Assembly: GCA_963748825.1 (NCBI GenBank)
Contig: CAVVKN010000002.1
Coordinates: 96,001 to 160,000 of the forward strand
DNA length: 64,000 nucleotides
Direction of reading: 5' to 3'
DNA from: Methanotrichaceae archaeon
Lineage (GTDB): Archaea; Halobacteriota; Methanosarcinia; Methanotrichales; Methanotrichaceae
Shown here: positions 49,336 to 57,807 of the stretch, piece by piece
Layout of the letters: each line of letters begins with the position of its first letter
How positions within the stretch are numbered: the stretch's first letter is position 1
The notes under the pieces: generated by a model
What the model was told of the DNA's origin: nothing
The model's input: only the letters and a program-made list of their open reading frames with translations
Databases searched by the model: none
Translations under genes and position numbers: made by a program

Positions 49336-50028
49336 GTGTCTTTCTTGGATCTGACGTGGCTTTCTATCTCTGGAGTGCTGATCGGAATTCTGATCTTCGC
49401 CCTTAAGGTTAGTTTGGGTTGCGGTCTGGCCAGCCTGAACCGCCGTGAAGTGCTTTATATCGCCGCAGGATATTTGATAATCTCTCTTTTTATGGGCATG
49501 GCCATAGAGCTGCTGCCGGAAAACGCACTGAATGCAACTTTGAACGCCGGGGTGGCAATGCACCTTGCTGTTGCCCTGATGTTGGTAGCTTTAGGCGTCA
49601 TGACAGCCAGAAAATGGAACAGCCATCATCATGACATATCCAGGAAGACCTTCTGGGTCTTATCCATGCCCTGTCCGGCCTGCCTGGCAGCCAGCTTCAT
49701 CTCCTGCAGCTTTCTGGCCGGACTTGTGGATATCGATCCATGGAAGATCGGCGCCCTGGTGGGCATTCTCTTCTTCTTTTGCATAGCTATCTTCTCCACG
49801 GCACTGGGACGGATCAAAGGGACGCCTGCATCTCTTGGAAATGCCATGATCTTTATCGGCATCTTCTACATACTCTCCATTCTCCTCATCCCCGCATACC
49901 TTAATTCTCAGAAGATCTCTTTCCTCTCCCAGAGCCCTCCACTAGCCGAAATAGGCCTATCCTATCTGATGATACTCTCTTTAGTGGCTTTGGGGTTCTT
50001 AGGCAGAAGATGGGGGATCTCCTTTTGA
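49336..50028 (+). CDS. DUF2162 membrane protein (HmuT-like)
   Basis: About 7 TM helices; IFALKVSLG, PCPAC motif and LGNAMIFIGIFY. Confidence 0.82.
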   Translation: MSFLDLTWLSISGVLIGILIFALKVSLGCGLASLNRREVLYIAAGYLIISLFMGMAIELLPENALNATLNAGVAMHLAVALMLVALGVMTARKWNSHHHDISRKTFWVLSMPCPACLAASFISCSFLAGLVDIDPWKIGALVGILFFFCIAIFSTALGRIKGTPASLGNAMIFIGIFYILSILLIPAYLNSQKISFLSQSPPLAEIGLSYLMILSLVALGFLGRRWGISF

Positions 50029-50663
50029 GCCTTTATGAGGCCAGTGTAGAGCTGCTCTATATCTTCTCTACCGCATTCCTTTACCCAGTCATAGTGAGCC
50101 TCTTGCTCCTTTTTGCCTGGTCGTTAGCCCTGCTGGGATCCCTGATTAACGAGTACACCTCCCGGCACAGGGCTTTGTCAGAGTTGGAAGAACTCAGCCT
50201 CAAAGCGGCCCATCTGAATAAAGAAGGCAGGACTAGAGAGGCGTCAGAGGCCCTTAAGTGTTACAAATGCCCCCGGCAGCTCTCCCTGGCCCTTCTGCAG
50301 ATTGGCCGATCTTTGGAGACGGGGCTCTTTAATCTCAAGTTCGAGAAGATCCTGCAAGATATTGAGCTATCCATGGCAAGAGCTCTTGAGCCCGTGAGGA
50401 TTGGAGTTAAAGTTGGGCCGATTTTAGGGCTGATGGGAACTCTGATTCCCATGGGCCCTGCCCTCCTAGGCCTCTCCCAGGGAGACATCAAATCCCTGGC
50501 CGACAACCTGGTCATTGCTTTTGCTACCACAGTCATTGGGCTGGTGGTGGGTGGTGTCTGCTACGCGACGATGGTGATCAGAACCAGGTGGTACCGGCAA
50601 GACTTGAGCGACCTGGAGTATGCAGTGGACCTTATGAGGGGCAGAATGGATGAGACGACGTAG
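50010..50663 (+). CDS. MotA/TolQ/ExbB proton channel family protein (HmuU-like)
   Basis: GPILGLMGTLIPMGPAL..L..GD...LA.NL.IAFATTVIGL and RWYRQDL. Confidence 0.92.
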   Translation: MGDLLLSLYEASVELLYIFSTAFLYPVIVSLLLLFAWSLALLGSLINEYTSRHRALSELEELSLKAAHLNKEGRTREASEALKCYKCPRQLSLALLQIGRSLETGLFNLKFEKILQDIELSMARALEPVRIGVKVGPILGLMGTLIPMGPALLGLSQGDIKSLADNLVIAFATTVIGLVVGGVCYATMVIRTRWYRQDLSDLEYAVDLMRGRMDETT

Positions 50664-50997
50664 GCTAGGACTTTTGGGCGACCCGGAGGATGACGATCCC
50701 ATGAGCGGGGTGGCCAATCTCTTTGACACGGCCATGGTCTTCGCTGTAGCCCTCCTCCTGGCGCTTGTCGTTTCATATAATGTCCCGGAGCTGCTCCAGC
50801 CTGAGAGCAATGTGACCATCGTCAAAAACCCGGGCGATCCGAATATGCAGATCATAATCAAAGACATGGATCAGATCCAGGTTCTTGACATGACCGAAAA
50901 GATTGCCGGCGGTCAGGGCACCAGGATGGGGACAGCCTACCAACTTAAGAGCGGCCAGGTGGTGTATGTCCCAGAAAATGCCACGGATATTCGGTGA
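50650..50997 (+). CDS. DUF2149 protein (ExbD/HmuV-like)
   Basis: DPMSGVANLFDTAMVFA single TM with Asp, VKNPG and GTAYQLKSGQVVYVPE. Confidence 0.9.
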   Translation: MRRRRLGLLGDPEDDDPMSGVANLFDTAMVFAVALLLALVVSYNVPELLQPESNVTIVKNPGDPNMQIIIKDMDQIQVLDMTEKIAGGQGTRMGTAYQLKSGQVVYVPENATDIR

Positions 50998-51069
50998 GGC
51001 GGGAGAAGATGAGGCTCATGCCCGAGTTCACACGTCAAGTATAAGCTCTCAGCGATTTATTATTTATCC

Positions 51070-51924
51070 ATGTTGCAGGACCTACGACTGACCATTGTGG
51101 TTGAGAACTCTGCCTCGCTTGGCGACACTCCTGTCTGGGCCCAGCATGGGCTATCCATCTTTTTGGAGACGGAGCTGGGCTCAGAGAGCATGAAGCTGCT
51201 CATGGATACAGGCGCCTCCTCGGAGGTGATGCTGCATAATGCCGATGCTTTGCATATCGACCTTCACCATCTCGATCTGATCTGCCTCAGCCACGGCCAT
51301 TATGATCACACGGGTGGACTGATGGGCATCCTCCAGCGCCTGAACAGCAAGATTTGCATCCTGGCCCATCCCGATATCTTCGCGCCCAAGCTGAAAGAGC
51401 GGCCCATTCTCAAGTTCATCGGCCCGCCCTTCACACGGGCAGAGGCGGAGGCTGCGGGGGCAATCATGCTCGAAGCCCGCGGACCGGTAGCAATAGCACC
51501 GGAGGTCATGACCACAGGTGAGGTGCCACGCATCGAGCCCTTCGAGAAGGTGGAGGACTTCTGGACGATCAAGGATGGCCAATACTGCCAAGACAAGATC
51601 CCGGACGACCAGGCCCTGGCCATCAACATGGAAGGCAAAGGCTTAGTTGTCATCACCGGCTGTGCTCACGCCGGAATCATCAATACTATCAAGCATGCTC
51701 AGAAGATCACGGGTGTGGAGGAGCTTTATGCCGTGATAGGAGGCTTTCATCTCATGGGAGCGGATGAAAAGCGCATAGAAGCGACAGCAAAGGCGCTGCA
51801 ACAGCTTGATCCAGCCATCGTCCGGCCTGGTCACTGCACAGGACAAAAGGCCGTCTGCCGGCTGCAAGAGGCTTTGGGCGAGAGATGCTGGCCCCTGACT
51901 GTGGGAGACTCGATACGGATCTAA
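51070..51924 (+). CDS. MBL-fold hydrolase (MJ0301-like dihydropterin-RFA-P synthase family)
   Basis: QHGLS, DTG, SHGHYDHTGG, DDQAL, GCAHAGI, GGFHL and HCTG. Confidence 0.85.
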   Translation: MLQDLRLTIVVENSASLGDTPVWAQHGLSIFLETELGSESMKLLMDTGASSEVMLHNADALHIDLHHLDLICLSHGHYDHTGGLMGILQRLNSKICILAHPDIFAPKLKERPILKFIGPPFTRAEAEAAGAIMLEARGPVAIAPEVMTTGEVPRIEPFEKVEDFWTIKDGQYCQDKIPDDQALAINMEGKGLVVITGCAHAGIINTIKHAQKITGVEELYAVIGGFHLMGADEKRIEATAKALQQLDPAIVRPGHCTGQKAVCRLQEALGERCWPLTVGDSIRI

Positions 51925-51946
51925 AAATAGATGAAGGTGTGAAAAA

Positions 51947-52895
51947 ATGATAGCTTTCGGGCCCGTGCCCTCCAGGAGGCTGGGACGCAGCCTGGGCATT
52001 AACAACATACCTGCCAAAATATGCACTTATTCCTGCGCCTACTGCCAGGTGGGCAGGACCATGCAAATGGAGGTAAAGCGCCGTTCCTACTACTCGCCCC
52101 AAGAGATCTGGCAAGAAGTGAAGGCGAAAGTGGACAGTTCCAAAAGCCAGGGTTTGGCCATCGATTACCTTACCTTCGTGCCGGACGGAGAGCCCACCTT
52201 AGACATAAATCTGGGCCAAGAGATCGATATGCTAAGATCCCTGGGCATCAAGATTGCAGTGATAAGCAACGCCTCACTGATCTGGGATGAAAACGTGAGA
52301 GAGGAACTCTCAAAGGCGGATTGGGTATCGGTCAAGGTGGATGCACTGGACGAGCATATCTGGAGGCGCATGGACAGACCTCATCGAGCGCTAGGGCATG
52401 AGGCAATTTTGCAGGGCATCCTCGACTTCTCAAAGGAATTTTAAAGGCATGCTTGTCACAGAGAGCATGCTGCTGTCAGGCATAAATGATGATGAGATCA
52501 CTCTGCTGGGAATGGCAGAATTCCTGGAAAAGGTTGATCCAGCCATTGCCTATATCTCAGTGCCCACCCGGCCGCCCGCAGAAAAATGGGCTGCGCTGCC
52601 CTCAGAGAAGAGCATTAACCGCGCCTACCAGATATTCAGCGCAAAGGTGAAGCAAGTGGAGCTTCTCGTGGGATATGAGGGAGATAGCTTTGATTTTACG
52701 GGCAATGTGGAGCGCGACCTGCTGGCAATTGCCGCAGTTCACCCCATGAGAGAAGAAGCGGTCAGAAAATTTGTGCAGCAGGCCCAGGAGAGTTGGGGAG
52801 TTGTGGAAAAACTGATCGATCAGGGAGAGCTCGTCAAGACCGAATATCGGGGCCACAGTTTCTATCTGAGGAGGCCGAATATTTCCACAGAATAG
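51947..52895 (+). pseudogene. Radical SAM protein split by a +1 frameshift at GAA TTT TAA
   Basis: The 5' ORF (FGPVPSRRLGRSLG, CTYSCAYC, GEPTL) stops at 52444. The C-terminal half (ESMLLSGIND, PTRPPAE, VHPMRE) continues in the +1 frame; removing one T gives EF-KGMLVTE. Confidence 0.85.
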
Positions 52896-52974
52896 ATTAT
52901 CGACCACAGTTATTACTGTTAATTCGATAATCTGATATATTCAGAACACCAATATAACAATTAGGTGTTGCAAT

Positions 52975-54132
52975 ATGAAGCCAATTCTTGTCGCCTTATT
53001 GTTAGGTTTGCTGCTCTTTTCCTCTGGATGCATTCAGCCTGAAAAGGCCCCTGTCGTGGAAGAGAAAGTAGCCACAGAAGGGTGGAATGCTGATGGAATC
53101 GTGGGGAATAGCGAATACTCTCGCAGCATGGTCTTGCATGCTCCGGCCAGGCAGGGATATACCGGAGGCGAGATGGAGATCTCCTGGAAGAACGATCAGG
53201 AATATCTCTACATGGGACTGAACGGCAGCACCGAAGGCTGGCTGGCTATAGGCTTTGAGCCTTTGGAGTGGATGAAGAACGCCGACATAATACTAGCCTC
53301 GGTGCAAGGAGGCAAAGCGACAGTACTGGATGAGTATTGCACGGGCAACTACGGTCCGCACATCGAGGATACCATGCTGGGAGGCACAAACGATATCACA
53401 GAATTTGGCGGCAGCAAAGGAGCCGGTCGCACTGTCATCGAGCTGAAGAGAAAGCTGGATACGGGAGACAAGTTCGACAAGGCTTTCTCACCCGGCCAGG
53501 CGATCTCCATAATCTGGGCCTTGTCCAATAACCCAGAGATCAGCTTCAAACACAATGTAGCCTACGGCGAGGGCATCATGACCTTGACTAGTGGACAGGC
53601 GATGACTTCTGCGGCCACAGCTACAGCAGCAACCTTAACCTCACGCGAGAAAGAAGGAATGCTCTTCATCTGGGAGGAAGAAAAGGCTGCCCGCGACCTG
53701 TATATGTCCCTTTATGACAAAAACAACCTCACCATCTTCATGAATCTGGTGAGATCGGAGCAAAGCCATATGGACCAGGCCAAAGCCATCATAGACAAAT
53801 ACGGGCTGACTATTCCAGGAAATGATGAGCAGGGAGTATTTCCGAATCAGACTTTGCAGAAGATTCATGACGACCTCCTAGCAGAAGGATTGCGATCTGA
53901 TCAGGATGCTCTGAAGGTGGCTGCCGCCTTCGAGGAGATTAGCATAATGGACCTGGAGAAGGAGATATCAGCAACTAAGACGGAGGATATCAGGGTTGTC
54001 TACCAGGGACTGTTGGCCGGCTCCAGAAAGCACCTGCGCTCATACGTCGCCGACTTGCAGGGCCGTGGAATACAATACGCACCCAAGTACCTGAGCAAGA
54101 GCGAATTTGAAGAGACGATAAAGGCAAACTAA
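52975..54132 (+). CDS. Lipoprotein: DOMON domain fused to DUF2202 ferritin-like domain
   Basis: Lipobox LLFSSGC; DOMON GWLAIGF...MKNAD..IELKRKLDTGDKFD..FKH; DUF2202 EEEKAARDLY, SEQSHM, EEISIMDL and GSRKHLRSY. Confidence 0.85.
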   Translation: MKPILVALLLGLLLFSSGCIQPEKAPVVEEKVATEGWNADGIVGNSEYSRSMVLHAPARQGYTGGEMEISWKNDQEYLYMGLNGSTEGWLAIGFEPLEWMKNADIILASVQGGKATVLDEYCTGNYGPHIEDTMLGGTNDITEFGGSKGAGRTVIELKRKLDTGDKFDKAFSPGQAISIIWALSNNPEISFKHNVAYGEGIMTLTSGQAMTSAATATAATLTSREKEGMLFIWEEEKAARDLYMSLYDKNNLTIFMNLVRSEQSHMDQAKAIIDKYGLTIPGNDEQGVFPNQTLQKIHDDLLAEGLRSDQDALKVAAAFEEISIMDLEKEISATKTEDIRVVYQGLLAGSRKHLRSYVADLQGRGIQYAPKYLSKSEFEETIKAN

Positions 54133-54148
54133 GCCGCAATCAGAAATC

Positions 54149-54179
54149 ATGGGGAGCCGCCCGGCTCTCCATTTCTTCT
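54149..54179 (+). terminator. Hairpin after the DOMON-DUF2202 gene
   Basis: ATGGGGAGCCG/CGGCTCTCCAT inverted repeat followed by TTCTTCT. Confidence 0.5.
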
Positions 54180-54269
54180 CCACAAAACCCTTTTAGCCCT
54201 TTCAACGCATGTGTCTCTGCACTCAATGGATCCGTGATTTTTTAGTATTCCTGGCATTCCTGGGTCAGA

Positions 54270-54860
54270 CTATGCCGACCTGCCACCCTGAATTGTTCCG
54301 GACCAGGCCTGGCCCTGAGCATCGAAGGCATTGAAGCTGCCGGAGAGGAAATCTCTGCTCATGGCCAGAGTGCACCGGTAGAGCATCAGCTCCTCTGCAT
54401 TGACCAGATCCAAATAGAGAATATCTTTGACTGCCCACCCGCTAGCGGAGACTGCAAAGGTGGAACCGCCCATAGACAGGGTGCCCCGTCCAAGAACTGC
54501 ATCCCGGTTCTGGACAAGCAGCAGATCGACTTTTCCAGGCGTGCCGCCTCGCAGATCCAGATTCCAGTTGCCCCGCAGGTCTTCCTGAACCGGCACGAAA
54601 GGCCCTAGATACTGACGACCGCTGATTGCGCTCAGATACTCCGTCGTATGCTCAGGGTCAAGCGGGCGCATCAAGGGATCGATGCTTAGAGGATCCGTAT
54701 TGGGATCGATATAGATTTCTTGTGCATTCAGGCTGCTCGTTCTTCTCAGATCCTCCGGCAAAGTGAAGATGTCACTTGCCAATGGATCAATCTGTGACTG
54801 GCCTTGCACACTCAGGCACATGACTATAACTGCCCAGGCAATTAGCATCTTTGCAAACAT
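54270..54860 (-). CDS. Secreted hypothetical protein (C-terminal beta-barrel-like)
   Basis: Signal peptide, Pro/Asp-rich linker, then LRGNWNLDL followed by beta strands. Confidence 0.72.
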   Translation of the reverse strand: MFAKMLIAWAVIVMCLSVQGQSQIDPLASDIFTLPEDLRRTSSLNAQEIYIDPNTDPLSIDPLMRPLDPEHTTEYLSAISGRQYLGPFVPVQEDLRGNWNLDLRGGTPGKVDLLLVQNRDAVLGRGTLSMGGSTFAVSASGWAVKDILYLDLVNAEELMLYRCTLAMSRDFLSGSFNAFDAQGQAWSGTIQGGRSA

Positions 54861-54956
54861 TTAATCAAAACCCTCAATCTCTTATATTCCCCAGGGCATA
54901 AAAATTGGACCTTCATATGAGCTATACAGAGCACTTACATGATTGACATAGGCAAT

Positions 54957-55811
54957 TCAAAGCTGTTTTTCCAGAACTCCCCACATCTCAGATATGGCAT
55001 CCGCTACCGGCCCGCCATTCTCCACCACAGACCGGCCCAATACCATGGCCTCCACCACAGAAGGATGGAAGGGCAGCCTTCCCGCGACTATAACGGCTCG
55101 CTCCTGGCAGAGGGCCTCGATGCGCCTGGACCCCGCAGGATTGAGGTCGTATTTGTTTATGCAGACGGCAGTTTTGATGCCGAAGTGACCTGCCACGTCC
55201 AGGATTCTCTCCAGGTCGTGCTCGCCGGTGATGGTGGGCTCGGTCACCACCAGGGCCAGGTCGACTCCGGTAAGTGAGGCTATTACCGGGCAGCCGATGC
55301 CGGGAGAGCCGTCGATCAGGATCAGATCAAGCTTGCAGGATGCAGCCAGATCACGAGCCATCTCCCTTACCATGGCCACCAATTTTCCCGATGCTTCCTC
55401 ACCCGGGAACAGCTCGGCATGCACCAGGGGACCGAACCTGGTGTCGGATATATAGGCATAACCGGCCAGGCTTTCGCTCATTTCCACAGCCTCGGACGGA
55501 CAGACCAGTTTGCAGACGCCGCATCCCTCGCATAGCGCTGGATTGACCTGAAAGTCGGCTATAGCCCCAAAGCGGCAGGCATCCTGGCAGGAGCCGCACT
55601 GGGTGCACTTCTCGCTATCGATAAACGCCCTTTTAATGCCGAAGAACTCGCGACGCTCCCTGATATGAGGCTGGAGGATGAGGTGCAGGTCGGGAGCGTC
55701 CACATCGCAGTCGGCATAGACGGCCCGGCCGCGGGCCAAAGCCGCCAAAGAGGCTATTATTGAGGTCTTGCCTGTTCCTCCTTTGCCGCTTACAATGGCG
55801 ATCTGCTTCAT
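54957..55811 (-). CDS. MinD-superfamily P-loop ATPase with inserted 2x[4Fe-4S] domain
   Basis: SGKGGTGKT, DCDVDAPDL, CTQCGSC...C, CEGCGVC...C, DGSPGIGCPV and VTEPT. Confidence 0.93.
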   Translation of the reverse strand: MKQIAIVSGKGGTGKTSIIASLAALARGRAVYADCDVDAPDLHLILQPHIRERREFFGIKRAFIDSEKCTQCGSCQDACRFGAIADFQVNPALCEGCGVCKLVCPSEAVEMSESLAGYAYISDTRFGPLVHAELFPGEEASGKLVAMVREMARDLAASCKLDLILIDGSPGIGCPVIASLTGVDLALVVTEPTITGEHDLERILDVAGHFGIKTAVCINKYDLNPAGSRRIEALCQERAVIVAGRLPFHPSVVEAMVLGRSVVENGGPVADAISEMWGVLEKQL

Positions 55812-56656
55812 GATATCATCTCCTTAATTTCCCGGACCATGCCGGAAAATTTTGCCTTCCACTCCGGCATTTTCTCGGCAAATATCTCTCCCCGGGAGTA
55901 GAGCTCTGCTATCTTCCGATCCAGGGGAATTTCCATGAGCAGGGGTATGTTTCTTTCCACCAGGTACTTGTAGACGTTTCTGTCTCCCATGCCGCTCTTG
56001 TTGACCAGAACCGCGCGCGGTATATTCATCTTCTCCAGTACCCGCAGAGCGATGTCCAGATCGTAAAGGCCGAACGGTGTGGGTTCGGTGACCAGAAGGC
56101 AAAAGTCGGTGCCGCGCACGGACTCTACCAGGGAGCAGGAGGTGCCGGGCGGGCAGTCCACTATCACATTCTCGCCTGCGGCCCTTTCCTTTACGGCCTT
56201 GATGAGTGGAGTGGTCCGTGCTTCACCTAATGCCAGCTCACCCCAGATGATCTCCACGTCCCCGGATCGGGCCCGAAATATCTCTCCAACGGAGCGGGTG
56301 GTTTCACTGACTGCCTTCTCAGGGCAGATGATCGTGCATGCTCCGCAACCGTGGCACAGTTCAGGGAATAAAAGAACTGTCTCGGGGAGAACGGCCAAGG
56401 CATGATAGGCGCAAACTTCGGAGCATTTGCCGCAGTGCGTGCACTTTGCCTCATCAATGACGGGCACGGAAACCTGGCATTTTTCCCTCTCTAGAAGGGT
56501 CCTCTCGGGAAAGAAAAGATAGGCATTGGGCTCTTCGACGTCGCAGTCGGCCACGGTTACGTGCCCGATTCCAGTCGAGGCCAGCGAGACGGCTATGTTC
56601 GTAGCCACCAGGGTCTTGCCCGTGCCGCCCTTACCGCTTGCTATGGAAATCTTCAA
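55808..56656 (-). CDS. MinD-superfamily P-loop ATPase with inserted 2x[4Fe-4S] domain (partner paralogue)
   Basis: SGKGGTGKT, DCDVEEPN, CTHCGKC...C, CHGCGAC...C, DCPPGTSC and TEPTPFG. Confidence 0.93.
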   Translation of the reverse strand: MKISIASGKGGTGKTLVATNIAVSLASTGIGHVTVADCDVEEPNAYLFFPERTLLEREKCQVSVPVIDEAKCTHCGKCSEVCAYHALAVLPETVLLFPELCHGCGACTIICPEKAVSETTRSVGEIFRARSGDVEIIWGELALGEARTTPLIKAVKERAAGENVIVDCPPGTSCSLVESVRGTDFCLLVTEPTPFGLYDLDIALRVLEKMNIPRAVLVNKSGMGDRNVYKYLVERNIPLLMEIPLDRKIAELYSRGEIFAEKMPEWKAKFSGMVREIKEMIS

Positions 56657-56677
56657 TTAATTACCCCGGATTAAGGT

Positions 56678-57037
56678 CTAATGCTTGTGCTCTTTGCAGG
56701 CATTGTCCAGGGCGGCGCGGCTCAGTATATTCGCTCGCCAGTCATCGATGGCATCTTTGACAGTGCCGGTTGCACCTACGAATACATCTACGCCCCCCTC
56801 GTTGAACATTGTGACCGCTTTGGGTCCCAGGCCGCCTACAATCATCAACTGCACACCAGCTGCAAAAATGGTCTCCGTAGGAAGGCCCGTTCCGCCCATG
56901 TGCTCGCTAACGTTCGGCAGGACCGTTATTTTTCCGCTATCCAGATCTATAATGGTAAAAGTAGGAGCCCGGCCGAAGTGCTGGCAGATGGCCTCTTGCA
57001 TGCCGGCCTCGCCCATGGTGGGAACACATATCTTCAT
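56678..57037 (-). CDS. NifB/NifX-family domain protein
   Basis: MKICVP, HFGRAPTF, GGLGPKA and C-terminal C.EHKH. Confidence 0.9.
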   Translation of the reverse strand: MKICVPTMGEAGMQEAICQHFGRAPTFTIIDLDSGKITVLPNVSEHMGGTGLPTETIFAAGVQLMIVGGLGPKAVTMFNEGGVDVFVGATGTVKDAIDDWRANILSRAALDNACKEHKH

Positions 57038-57546
57038 TGTCCCTGACCTCCTCTTCCCATGCCCTGACCACTGCTGCCGCCAACACCGGATCCGCTTCCA
57101 GTTCCCTGGCCGCCGCCTCTTCCCGCACCAGCGCCTCTACCACCGCCACCGCCTCTTCCTCTGCCCTGACCCATACCTTGACCCATGCCGGCATGGCCCG
57201 GTACAGAAGGACCGGCGATTTTCGTGAGTTCTCCCCGCTGGAATTTTTCCACGACATCTTTGACGCTTCCCCCTCCCTGGTGCTGATAAACATCGATCTT
57301 GGCGGCAGAGAGGGTTTGCATGGCATTGGGGCCGATATTTCCTGTAATCAGGGCAGATACGCCCTGCTTCGCTATTTCCTGGGCCGCCTGTATCCCTGCA
57401 CCACTGGATGCCATGACGTTGGAGTTGGGAAGGGAATTCTCGCTCATGCTGTCCAGGTCAACCACCACGAAAAATGGGCATCGGCCAAATCTAGGATCCA
57501 TAGGGGCATCAAGGCCAGATGCTCCTGCAGTAACACATATCTTCAT
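57034..57546 (-). CDS. NifB/NifX-family protein with Gly/Arg-rich tail (IssA-like)
   Basis: RFGRCPFF, GAGIQAAQ and ITGNIGPNA; tail GMGQGMGQGRGRGGGGGRG... Confidence 0.9.
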   Translation of the reverse strand: MKICVTAGASGLDAPMDPRFGRCPFFVVVDLDSMSENSLPNSNVMASSGAGIQAAQEIAKQGVSALITGNIGPNAMQTLSAAKIDVYQHQGGGSVKDVVEKFQRGELTKIAGPSVPGHAGMGQGMGQGRGRGGGGGRGAGAGRGGGQGTGSGSGVGGSSGQGMGRGGQGQ

Positions 57547-57807
57547 CAAAAAACCTCACTGTTTTATGAATTCATACATCATATATTCCGATCTACTGGG
57601 CTCTTTTTTGATTACACTTTTTTGCATCAAAACTTGGCATATCTCTCATTTAATTAATCAGAGAATGCTGCAGTTAATCACCCCATAACATAATTAATCT
57701 TATATGCGAGGTATTATTTAAGCATTTCCTAAAAATACGCAGGCAAAACCGCGGACCAAAATGAGACAATCCCGTCTTTACCATCCGAAAATTCATGACC
57801 CTCCGCT

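Noticed and set aside
52439-52446. T TTA AAG as a -1 slippery heptamer
   Set aside because: Joining the two halves needs a +1 shift, not -1.
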